Below, in pieces: positions 38,014 through 46,773 of a DNA stretch of 64,000 nucleotides. A program made the translations under genes and the position numbers. The stretch is from NCBI GenBank assembly GCA_963748625.1, contig CAVVJT010000004.1, positions 765,352-829,351 of the forward strand, written 5' to 3'. Numbering within the stretch: position 1 is the first letter of the stretch; each line of letters opens with the position of its first letter. A model generated the notes under the pieces. It saw only the letters and a program-made list of their open reading frames with translations. It was not told the origin of the DNA and made no database searches. Source of the DNA: an uncultured Chloroflexia bacterium. Its GTDB lineage: Bacteria > Chloroflexota > Limnocylindria > Limnocylindrales > CSP1-4.

Positions 38014-38405
38014 GGGGCGGCCGCTCGCAGCTCCGCGTACCGGACGGCCCGTGCCGCTGATCGGAAGGGGCATCACCGGGCGTCGCCCACGACGGCTGCT
38101 GCCGTGCGCACCCGGCGCGCACACGGAGCGGTGACGTCGCGGGATGTGCGCCCCGGGCTCCGCCCGTGCGCTCCGCCAGGGTCCCGAGGGCACGACCTGC
38201 GCACCAGCCGCGCATCGAGCGCTCCGGCCGCACGGTGTGGCCGTCCGGCGCGCAGCCGGACGGCGCCAGGATCCGGAACGGCGCCAGGACCCGGACGGCG
38301 CCAGGACCCGGACGGCGCCAGGACCCGGAGCGGCGGTCCGCGAGCCGCCAGCGACTCGGGACACTAGGGGGCGGCCGCTCGCAGCTCCGCGTACCGGACG
38401 GCCCG
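38010..38405. repeat. 42-bp direct repeat (38010-38051 and 38364-38405) flanking a 312-bp insert that contains a 17-bp x4 tandem repeat
   Basis: ctagggggcggccgctcgcagctccgcgtaccggacggcccg occurs twice; GGACGGCGCCAGGACCC units at about 38258-38328. Confidence 0.9.
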
Positions 38406-39176
38406 GGCCGTGTCGCCGAGGTCGCGATACAGCGCCGCCAGCTCACCGAGGACGTACGGATCGGGCGCGCCGGCATCCGCGCACTCGCGCTCGAGGCGAA
38501 GCTGGATCGCGAGCGCCTCCTCGGTCAAGCCGAGCAGCCGCTGGGTCCAGGCCACCATCCACCACGCGACCCGCGTGGCGCCCTCGTCGCCCATGGCCTG
38601 ACGCAGGACGAGCGCAGCGTGGAAGTCCGCCAGCGCCTCCTTGTCACGGCCCGCCTCGTGGAGCGCCATCCCGCGGTTGTTGCGCAACGACGCCTCCCAG
38701 CGCCGGGCGGCGGGAAGGCTCGAGGCGACAGCCAGCGCCAGGCCCTTGTCGATCCATGCCAGCTGCTCCTGCGGCCTCGCCTCGACGATGGCCAGCATGT
38801 GGACGGCGTCGATCGCGAGGTCGTCCAGCCCGGCGTCGCGCGCCAGGTCGAAGGCGCGCCCGTATGCCTCGCGTGCGGCCGCCAGCGCGTCGGGCGTGCG
38901 CTCCTCGGACGTGGTCATGGTCGAGATCCACGTCCGGCCGAGCTCCAGGTCGTAGCGGACCCGCGGCTCCGGTCCAGCCGACTCGAGACGGGCACGGACG
39001 GCATCAAGCACCTCGCGTGCCCGCACCGGGTCGCGGCGCAGCCCGTAGGTCCGGGCGATCTGCGTCTCCAGCACCAGCGCGTCGTCACCGCCAGCGGTGG
39101 CAAGTGCCTCACGGAACCTTGCCTCCGAGGCGGCGGGATCGTCGAAGTCCCAGAGCGCGCGTACGTCGATGGTCAT
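38364..39176 (-). CDS. TPR-containing protein
   Basis: 'LWDFDDPAASEARF', 'TQIARTYGL', 'IDAVHMLA', 'SLRNNRG'. Confidence 0.8.
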   Translation of the reverse strand: MTIDVRALWDFDDPAASEARFREALATAGGDDALVLETQIARTYGLRRDPVRAREVLDAVRARLESAGPEPRVRYDLELGRTWISTMTTSEERTPDALAAAREAYGRAFDLARDAGLDDLAIDAVHMLAIVEARPQEQLAWIDKGLALAVASSLPAARRWEASLRNNRGMALHEAGRDKEALADFHAALVLRQAMGDEGATRVAWWMVAWTQRLLGLTEEALAIQLRLERECADAGAPDPYVLGELAALYRDLGDTARAVRYAELRAAAP

Positions 39177-40483
39177 CGGCTCCTCCCCGTGCCCCGCGGA
39201 CCTTCGCGGCTGACCGGAGATGATGGCGCAGCCGGCTCCAGGATGTCGTGGGCGAACAGCACGGTGGCGATGCGCAGCCGGCGTCGGGCATCCAGTGGCC
39301 CGCCCAGCAGCCGCTCGATCCGCGCCAGGCGGTAGGCGACCGTCCGTGGCGCGATGCCCAGCCGCCGCCCCGCCGCCCGCACGTTCTCGCGCTCGGCCAG
39401 GTACGCCTCCAGGGTTCCCACGAGATCCCCGCCACGGGGCGCCCCGACGAGCGGCCCGAGCTCGCGGTCCACCGCCGCCCGCAGCAGCGACGGCTCGGCG
39501 AGCAGCGCGCGCTCCAGGTACACGGAGCGGGCGTCCACCACCCGGTCACGCACTCCTGAGCGCTCCACGACCGCGAGGGCCGCCCGGGCCTCACGGTGCG
39601 ACGCCGCCGCCGCCAGCAGTCCCTCTGCAGACGAGGAGGCGGCGGCGAACCCGGGGGCGAGCTCCCGCAGGACCCGCTCCACCTGCACCGGCCTGCGGCC
39701 CACCGGCGCGAGCACCACCAGCCGCCCGCCGGCCGCGGCGACCACGGGTCCCGGCATCGGGCCGGCGAGCGAGCGAGGATCACCCACGCCTGCGGCCGGT
39801 CCGGGTGCGAGCGCCCGAGCAACCTCACCCACCAGCGCGTCGCCATCCTCCAGGTCCTGCCCCACGTCGGCAACGACAAGTGTCACGGGGCGGTCCACGG
39901 GCACACCCAGCTCCCCCAGCCGACGGGCGAGCAGGGCCCGAGCCGGCTCGTCGCCATCGGGCAGCTCGAGGAGCCGGTCGAGGACCTCGCGCAACGCGGT
40001 CGCGGACCGGGTGGCGGCCTCCCGCTCGGCGGCGGCGTGGGCGTCGGCGATGGCCGCAGCGGCAGCGTCGCCCGTGCGCAAGAGCGCCTCGCCCAGGGCG
40101 GCCAGCTCCCCGGCGGCGAGCTGCGTCGCGGCGGGCCGGCTCGGGACGGTGAGCGCCGCCCAGAGTACCCAGCCCGCGGAGAGCGTCCGGTCGAGCACCG
40201 GCCGGAGGGGCTCGCCGGCCCGTGCACGGGCAGCCGCATCCTCGCGCAGGGGCCTGAGCGCATCGGGCGTGGGCACGGCTCCCCGAGCCAGCACATCCAG
40301 CAGCCAGCCGAGTGTGGCGCGGGCAGCATCGAGCTCGTGGGCGGGCGGGTCTGCGGTGCCGGTGACATCGCGGGCGACCGCACGGGCGAGGTCGGCAAGG
40401 TCCTGCTCGCGAGACGAGAGGGCCGAGAGGGCGGGCTGGTAGGGCTGGTAGGGCTGACGCGCGTCAGGTCGATCTTGCTGCAT
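39173..40483 (-). CDS. PucR/CdaR-family transcriptional regulator
   Basis: C-terminal 'TLEAYL...NVRAAGRRLGIAPRTVAYRLARIERLLG'; TATCCT 6 nt before the ATG. Confidence 0.85.
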   Translation of the reverse strand: MQQDRPDARQPYQPYQPALSALSSREQDLADLARAVARDVTGTADPPAHELDAARATLGWLLDVLARGAVPTPDALRPLREDAAARARAGEPLRPVLDRTLSAGWVLWAALTVPSRPAATQLAAGELAALGEALLRTGDAAAAAIADAHAAAEREAATRSATALREVLDRLLELPDGDEPARALLARRLGELGVPVDRPVTLVVADVGQDLEDGDALVGEVARALAPGPAAGVGDPRSLAGPMPGPVVAAAGGRLVVLAPVGRRPVQVERVLRELAPGFAAASSSAEGLLAAAASHREARAALAVVERSGVRDRVVDARSVYLERALLAEPSLLRAAVDRELGPLVGAPRGGDLVGTLEAYLAERENVRAAGRRLGIAPRTVAYRLARIERLLGGPLDARRRLRIATVLFAHDILEPAAPSSPVSREGPRGTGRSR

Positions 40484-40610
40484 ATCGGCAGGATACGGCT
40501 CTTCGTCCTGCCGGGGTGGTGCCTTGCGCTGCCGCTCCTCTGCCGTGAAACTCACGACACGGGCACGAGCCCGATCCACCGACACCCGGGATCGCCCGGA
40601 GGCAAGAGGC

Positions 40611-41534
40611 ATGAACGGCTTCAGCAACAACCTCAAGACCTGGACCCTGATGGCGGCGCTGGCCGGCATCCTCGTCGCCGTGGGCGGGCTGCTCGGCGGC
40701 CAGACCGGCATGGTCATGGCCTTCGGCTTCGCGCTCCTCATGAACGGCTTCGTGTACTGGAAGAGCGACTCGCTTGCCCTGCGCGCGAACGGCGCTCGTG
40801 AGCTCGCCCCGGGCGAGCAGCCCGAGCTCCACGCCATGGTCGGCCTGATCGCCGACCGTGCCGGCATCCCGATGCCGCGTGTCTACATCGTCGAGCGCCC
40901 TGAGCCCAATGCCTTCGCCACCGGTCGCGATCCGCAGCACGCGGCGATCGCGGTCACCACCGGTCTCCTCGAGATCATGGACACCCGCCAGCTGGCCGGC
41001 GTCCTCGCCCACGAGCTGGCGCACGTGAAGAACCGCGACACCCTGGTGGGCACCGTCGCAGCCACCATCGGCGGGGCCATCAGCTTCCTGGCCCAGATGG
41101 GCCAGTTCCAGCTGCTCTTCGGAGGCGGCGACGAGGAGGGCCAGAACCCGGCGCTCGCGCTGGTCGCGATCATCCTGGCCCCGATCGCCGCGATGGTCAT
41201 CCAGCTAGCAGTCTCACGCAGCCGGGAGTACCTCGCTGACACGACCGGCGCGTCACTCACGGGAGACCCGGAGGGCCTCGCACAGGCGCTTGAGCAGCTC
41301 GGCGCGCATCAGGACCGTGGCCTCCTCGGCCGGTTCGGGCGACGGCAGCCCGGCCGCGAGGGCGAACGTCAGACCCAGCGCCAGGCTGAGCCGCAGGCTA
41401 ACCCCGCCTTCAGCCATCTCTGGATCGTGAGCCCGCTGGCCGGCTCGTCGATGGCGAGCCTGTTCGCGACCCACCCGCCGCTGGAGGACCGCATCGCGCG
41501 ACTTCGGTCGATGGTCCTCCGCCGCGCAGCCTGA
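40611..41534 (+). CDS. htpX: Zinc metalloprotease HtpX
   Basis: 'PNAFATGR', HELAH, 'SRSREYLAD', 'FATHPP'. Confidence 0.93.
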   Translation: MNGFSNNLKTWTLMAALAGILVAVGGLLGGQTGMVMAFGFALLMNGFVYWKSDSLALRANGARELAPGEQPELHAMVGLIADRAGIPMPRVYIVERPEPNAFATGRDPQHAAIAVTTGLLEIMDTRQLAGVLAHELAHVKNRDTLVGTVAATIGGAISFLAQMGQFQLLFGGGDEEGQNPALALVAIILAPIAAMVIQLAVSRSREYLADTTGASLTGDPEGLAQALEQLGAHQDRGLLGRFGRRQPGREGERQTQRQAEPQANPAFSHLWIVSPLAGSSMASLFATHPPLEDRIARLRSMVLRRAA

Positions 41535-41583
41535 CGCGTCTTTCCGGAGGCGCCAGCCTGGGCAGGGGAGCCGGCTGGGAATC

Positions 41584-41615
41584 CAAGACCCCCGGGTGGG
41601 TGCCCGGGGGTCTTG
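41584..41615. terminator. 13-bp stem hairpin between convergent htpX and microprotein genes
   Basis: CAAGACCCCCGGG-tgggtg-CCCGGGGGTCTTG. Confidence 0.6.
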
Positions 41616-41667
41616 CGTGTCGGGCGCCGGAAGGAGGGAGGGGTTCGGCGCCCTTGGCGTGCGAAGA

Positions 41668-41802
41668 TCAGTTGAGGCCACCGCCGTGCGGCAGGCGGTA
41701 CGAGTCCGCATCGAGGTCCCGCGAGTCCGCACCGTTCGTCGCGGCCGTGGCCGCGAAGGCGGCCCCGAGGACCAGGAGCAGCGACATCAGGAGGAGTCCC
41801 AT
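41668..41802 (-). CDS. 44-aa membrane microprotein (GADSRD motif), absent from the ORF track
   Basis: MGLLLMSLLLVLGAAFAATAATNGADSRDLDADSYRLPHGGGLN; purine-rich upstream sequence; GC-rich third positions; apparent paralog of 15505..15609. Confidence 0.65.
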   Translation of the reverse strand: MGLLLMSLLLVLGAAFAATAATNGADSRDLDADSYRLPHGGGLN

Positions 41803-41837
41803 CGGAAACTCGCTTTCTTTGCGGTACGACCCGGTTG

Positions 41838-41886
41838 ATATAGTCAACTAGGCCAAGACAAACGATAGTTGGACTAGTCCACTATG
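41838..41886. promoter_or_regulatory. Probable GntR operators
   Basis: AT-rich near-palindromes TAGTCAACTA and ATAGTTGGACTAGTCCACTAT between the divergent microprotein and GntR genes. Confidence 0.6.
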
Positions 41887-43026
41887 TCAACCAGCCGGAA
41901 TGGCCCATCCGTGGACTCCGAACGGCCCGGTGCTTCCGGGACCGCGGATAGGACCCACGCGCTCGACATCGAGCGTGACTCCGACGTGCCCATCTCCACC
42001 CAGATCTACTGGCAGCTCGCCTACCAGATCGAATCCGGGCGCCTGCAGCCAGGCTTCCGCCTGCCGCCCGTGCGCGAGCTCGGGGCCGCCCTGCGGGTCA
42101 ATCCCAACACCGTGCGCGCGGTGTACCGGCGCCTCGCCGATGCGGGCTACGTCGTCGGACGACATGGCGCCGGGACCCGGGTGGTGGATCGGCCGCCCGT
42201 CCGCCGCGGCTCCGAGGCCCTCGCCGGCATCGTCGCCGAGACCCTGCGTCGCGCGGCCCAGCTGGGCTTCACGCCCGACGAGGTCGCCCAGGCCACCTTC
42301 ACCGCCGCGACCGAGCTCAAACGCCCGGGGCCGCACGTCCGCGTGCTCTTCGCCGAGTGCACCAGCGCCGACGCGAACGTGGACGCCGAGCGCATCACCG
42401 AGGCCTTCCCCGACCGCGTCGAGGTGATCCCGGTCCTGCTCGACGAGCTGCCCGACCGCCTGACCCGCTACCACTACGACCTGGTGGCCACCACCACGTT
42501 CCACGCCGACGAGGCCATGGCCTATGTCGCCGGGCGGGTGCCTGTGGTCGCGATGCTCGTGGGTCCCGGCTACATGTCCCTGATCCACGAGATCACGGGC
42601 TTGCGACCGGGCTCCAGGGTCGGCGTGGTCTGCGGCTCCCAGCGGGGCGTCGAGAACATCGCCGAGGTGCTGGGCCTGGCCGGCGCCAGCGGCGTCGAGC
42701 TGATCTCGGCCGTGGCGAACACCGAGGAGGAGCTGGACCGCGTGGAGGCCGAGGCCGACCTCGTGCTGCTGTCGCGGGAGGCGTCGGCGCTGGGCCTCGA
42801 GGCCCGGTTCACGCGGCCAGAGCGCCTCCGCGAGTGGAGCTACGAGTTCGACCCTGCGGGGTTCGAGCTCCTCCGGCGGGCGATCGAGCGGGTGAGCCCG
42901 GAGCACGGCGAGGCCGGGGCCGACACCACGGGCGTCGATGGCGTCGCCCGCGATACCAGCGGCGCCCGGGACGGCGGCGCCCAGGACGACGACGGGCATG
43001 ACGGGACCGCGACCGCGCGCCCCTGA
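41884..43026 (+). CDS. GntR-family regulator with a long C-terminal domain
   Basis: 'PISTQI', 'LPPVRELGAALRVNPNTVRAVY..L...GYV....GAGT'. Confidence 0.9.
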   Translation: MSTSRNGPSVDSERPGASGTADRTHALDIERDSDVPISTQIYWQLAYQIESGRLQPGFRLPPVRELGAALRVNPNTVRAVYRRLADAGYVVGRHGAGTRVVDRPPVRRGSEALAGIVAETLRRAAQLGFTPDEVAQATFTAATELKRPGPHVRVLFAECTSADANVDAERITEAFPDRVEVIPVLLDELPDRLTRYHYDLVATTTFHADEAMAYVAGRVPVVAMLVGPGYMSLIHEITGLRPGSRVGVVCGSQRGVENIAEVLGLAGASGVELISAVANTEEELDRVEAEADLVLLSREASALGLEARFTRPERLREWSYEFDPAGFELLRRAIERVSPEHGEAGADTTGVDGVARDTSGARDGGAQDDDGHDGTATARP

Positions 43027-43109
43027 TCCGTGAATCCGCCACCAGACCGGATCCGGCACGCACTCGCATCCGCGCGTACACGTGCGCGCAACGGTGCGAC
43101 ACTTGCGCC

Positions 43110-46100
43110 ATGCGAGCCTTGCCCTTCTCGCGCACCGCGCGAGCCCGCTTCCGCCTCGATTCCGTCGCCACGGCAACGCCGGCCGCGAACCCGGCCGCAC
43201 CTCCCTCGCGCACCGCCGTGCGCCTTGCGGCCAACCTGCCCGCCGCGCGTCGGGTTGTCGCCGCGGTCAACGCCACGCGTCCGCCCGGCGCGGCGTCGGC
43301 ACAGGCCGGCGAGCTTGCCGCGCTGGAGCTGCTGCACGAGATCTTCCATCTGCTCGTGGAGCGTGCGGGCGAGCTCGAGCCGGCGGCGAGCATGAAGGAG
43401 ACCGCTGAAGCCGTCGAGGACACCCTGGGCGAGCCGCGGCTCGACGCGCTGCTCGACGCCGTGGGCGAGGAGTTTCCCGACGTCGCCGCGGCGGCCGAGA
43501 CGGCGCGCCTGGAGGAGATGCTCCTCGTCCGGATCGCCAACGAGAACCCGGCGGCGCGGCCGCTCCGCGCGCTCGTGGACGACGCACCGCTCCCTGCGGA
43601 CGACCGCGATGCCGCGATGGCCTCGCTCGAGGCGTACCTGGGGGCGCTCTCCCCCATCGGCCCCAACGGCGAGACGCTGGTCGAGCTGCTCCGGGCACCC
43701 GCCCGCGCGCACCCGACCTCCCTTGCAGGGCAGCTGCGCTATGTCCGCGAGCGCTGGTCAACCCTGCTGGGCGAGAAGCTCGCGGCGCTGCTGGACCGCC
43801 TGCTCCTGACGCTCGACGTCATCGCCGAGGAGGAACGGGGCCTGCACCTGCGCTTCGGCGGCGGGGGCATGGGCGACGGCACCGGCCACGCCGAAGCCCC
43901 CAACCTGTCGGGCCTCGAGGCCGAGCCCGAGCGGTTCTCCAGCGACTCCGCGTGGATGCCCAGGCTCGTGCTCATCGCAAAGTCGACCCACGTCTGGCTC
44001 GACCAGTTGTCCCGGACGTACGGCCGCGAGATCCGGACGCTCGATGCCATCCCTGACGAGGAGCTCGACCGCCTGGCGCGCTTCGGGATCACGGGCCTGT
44101 GGCTGATCGGCCTGTGGGAGCGCTCCAAGGCCAGCCAGCGGATCAAGGTCTGGCGCGGCAACCCCGACGCAGCGGCGTCTGCCTACTCGCTCGACGACTA
44201 CCGGATCGCGCATGACCTCGGCGGCGATGGCGCGTGGGCCAGCCTGCGCCACCGGGCATGGTCGCGCGGCATCCGCCTCGCGTCGGACATGGTGCCCAAT
44301 CACATGGGCATCGACTCCAACTGGGTCACGGATCATCCGGACTGGTTCCTCGGCCTGCCCGAGCCGCCGTACCCGGCCTACGCCTTCACGGGTGAGAACC
44401 TGGCCGAGCACGACCGCGTCGAGGTCCGCCTCGAGGACCACTACTGGGACAACAGCGACGCGGCCGTCACCTTCGAGTGGCGCGATCGCTGGTCAGGCGA
44501 GCGCCGGTACATCTACCACGGCAACGACGGCACCAGCTTCCCGTGGAACGACACGGCCCAGCTCGACTTCAGCAAGGCCGAGGTCCGCGAGCAGGTCATC
44601 CAGACGATCCTCGCGGTGGCCCGCCAGTTCCCGGTCATCCGGTTCGACGCCGCGATGGTCCTGGCCAAGCGCCATGTGCGCCGGCTCTGGTTCCCGGGTC
44701 CCGGTGAGGGCGGCGGGGCGATCCCCTCGCGGGCCGAGCACGGGACGATGACCGCCGCCGACTTCGAGGCGGCCATGCCCGTCGAGTTCTGGCGCGAGGT
44801 CGTGGACCGCGTGGCGGCCGAAGTGCCCGACACGCTCCTGCTCGCCGAGGCGTTCTGGATGCTCGAGGGCTTCTTCGTCCGGACGCTGGGCATGCATCGC
44901 GTCTACAACAGCGCGTTCATGCACATGCTGCGCGACGAGGACAACGAAGGCTACCGCCGGGTGCTCAAGGAGACCCTGGAGTTCGACCCGGAGATCCTCA
45001 AGCGCTACGTCAACTTCATGAACAACCCTGACGAGAAGACCGCGGTCGAGCAGTTCGGGAAGGGCGACAAGTACTTCGGCGTCGCCACCCTGCTCGCCAC
45101 CCTGCCCGGCCTGCCGATGATCGGCCACGGCCAGTTCGAGGGCTTCGGCGAGAAGTACGGGATGGAGTTCCGGCGGGCCACGCTGGACGAGCAGCCCGAC
45201 GGCTGGCTGGTCGGCCGCCACGAGCACCAGGTCGTACCGCTGCTCCACCGCCGTGGGGACTTCGCCGAGGCCAAGGACTTCCTGCTCTACGACGTCGAGC
45301 ATGACTTCGGGGGCGTGGATGAGAACGTCTTCGCCTTCTCCAATGGCAGGGGGCCCAGCCGGTCGCTGGTCGTGTACCACAACCGGTACGGCGAGACGTC
45401 GGGCTGGATCCGGCGCTCGGCCGCCTTCGCGGTCAAGGACGCGGACGGCGAGAAGCACCTCGAGACGCGCTCCATCGCCGAGGGCCTGGGCCTGGGCGAC
45501 GGCGACGCGGCCCACCGCTGGCTCGCCTTCCGCGAGCAGCGGACCGGCCTCGAGTACCTCCGGCCCGTGGACGAGATCCGCGAGCGCGGCCTGCACGTGC
45601 GCCTGCATCCGTACGAGACGCTCGTCTACTGGCAGATGCGCGAGCTGCACGACAGCGCCGGCATCTGGGCGCGCCTGGCCGAGCGGCTGGGCGGGGCCGG
45701 CGTCCCGTCCCTCGAGGATGCGCTGCGCGACCAGCAGCTGGGCCCGGTGCACGACACGCTCCGTGGCGTCATCGCCGAACCGACGGCCGAGACCGTCGAG
45801 CGGTTCGTGCGGGCCGTCGCCGACACCACCGGAACCACGGGGGACGCCGATGCCGTCGTGGCCCTGATCGCCGGGCGCGCCGAGCGCGCCGAGCCGGTGA
45901 TGGGTGGGTTGGACGACCCGTCCCACGAGGCCGCCCTGCGCGTCTGGACCCTCCTCGCGCCGCTCGGCGCATTGGCCGAGGGCGCGCCCGTCGGCCTGAC
46001 CAGCGGCGCCTGGTACGAGGAGCTGCGCCTGGCGCCGGTCGTCGCCGACAGCCTGCGCGGCCGCGGCCTGGACGAGAGCGCCGCCTGGTGGGCCGCCGAA

Positions 46101-46694
46101 CGGGTGCGCACGCTGCTGGACCTGCCGCTGCCCTCCGCCCTGGGCGGCGACGAGGCGACCCTTGCCCTCCGGCTCGTGGACGCCTGGCTGGCCCACCCGG
46201 CGGTCCGCCCGTTCATCCGGGTCAACGCCTGGGAAGGCGTTGAGTGGTTCCACCGCGAGTCGTGGGAGGAGCTGATCGCCTGGACGGACCGCCTCGAGCG
46301 GATCCTCGACGCGGACGATGACGGCGCCATGCCGCTCACCCCGAGTGACCTCGCGAAGGTGCTGGAGGCGGCAGGTGCCGTTGCCGGCTACCGGGTGGAC
46401 CACCTGCGCGAGGCGCTCGGCGCTGAACCCGAGCCGGAGCCCGTGCTGCTCGCCGATCCTGGGGGCGCAGTGGACGAGGCCCCGACCGAGGAGGCCGGAG
46501 CGGCCGAGAGCAGGGCACCCATGACCGGCAAGGCGAGGAAGGCCACGCAGCGGGCCGAGGCCGATGCGGCCGCCAAGGCCGCCAAGGCGGCCAAGGTCGA
46601 CAAGGTCGACAAGGTCGACAAGGTCGACAAGGCACGCAAGGCCGAGAAGGTTTCCAAGGCCGACAAGTCGAAGAAGGCCAAGAAGTCGAAGTAG
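43110..46694 (+). CDS. Large GH13 alpha-amylase-family protein with a Lys-rich tail
   Basis: 'DMVPNH', 'WNDTAQLD', 'IRFDAAM', 'LAEAFW', 'MNNPDE'. Confidence 0.88.
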   Translation: MRALPFSRTARARFRLDSVATATPAANPAAPPSRTAVRLAANLPAARRVVAAVNATRPPGAASAQAGELAALELLHEIFHLLVERAGELEPAASMKETAEAVEDTLGEPRLDALLDAVGEEFPDVAAAAETARLEEMLLVRIANENPAARPLRALVDDAPLPADDRDAAMASLEAYLGALSPIGPNGETLVELLRAPARAHPTSLAGQLRYVRERWSTLLGEKLAALLDRLLLTLDVIAEEERGLHLRFGGGGMGDGTGHAEAPNLSGLEAEPERFSSDSAWMPRLVLIAKSTHVWLDQLSRTYGREIRTLDAIPDEELDRLARFGITGLWLIGLWERSKASQRIKVWRGNPDAAASAYSLDDYRIAHDLGGDGAWASLRHRAWSRGIRLASDMVPNHMGIDSNWVTDHPDWFLGLPEPPYPAYAFTGENLAEHDRVEVRLEDHYWDNSDAAVTFEWRDRWSGERRYIYHGNDGTSFPWNDTAQLDFSKAEVREQVIQTILAVARQFPVIRFDAAMVLAKRHVRRLWFPGPGEGGGAIPSRAEHGTMTAADFEAAMPVEFWREVVDRVAAEVPDTLLLAEAFWMLEGFFVRTLGMHRVYNSAFMHMLRDEDNEGYRRVLKETLEFDPEILKRYVNFMNNPDEKTAVEQFGKGDKYFGVATLLATLPGLPMIGHGQFEGFGEKYGMEFRRATLDEQPDGWLVGRHEHQVVPLLHRRGDFAEAKDFLLYDVEHDFGGVDENVFAFSNGRGPSRSLVVYHNRYGETSGWIRRSAAFAVKDADGEKHLETRSIAEGLGLGDGDAAHRWLAFREQRTGLEYLRPVDEIRERGLHVRLHPYETLVYWQMRELHDSAGIWARLAERLGGAGVPSLEDALRDQQLGPVHDTLRGVIAEPTAETVERFVRAVADTTGTTGDADAVVALIAGRAERAEPVMGGLDDPSHEAALRVWTLLAPLGALAEGAPVGLTSGAWYEELRLAPVVADSLRGRGLDESAAWWAAERVRTLLDLPLPSALGGDEATLALRLVDAWLAHPAVRPFIRVNAWEGVEWFHRESWEELIAWTDRLERILDADDDGAMPLTPSDLAKVLEAAGAVAGYRVDHLREALGAEPEPEPVLLADPGGAVDEAPTEEAGAAESRAPMTGKARKATQRAEADAAAKAAKAAKVDKVDKVDKVDKARKAEKVSKADKSKKAKKSK

Positions 46695-46773
46695 CCCGCG
46701 AGGAGGGCCGACACGCGTCCACTGGCGCCGGGTCGGCCCACGCCGCGGGTCCTTCGCGGCGTAGCATCGGCCC

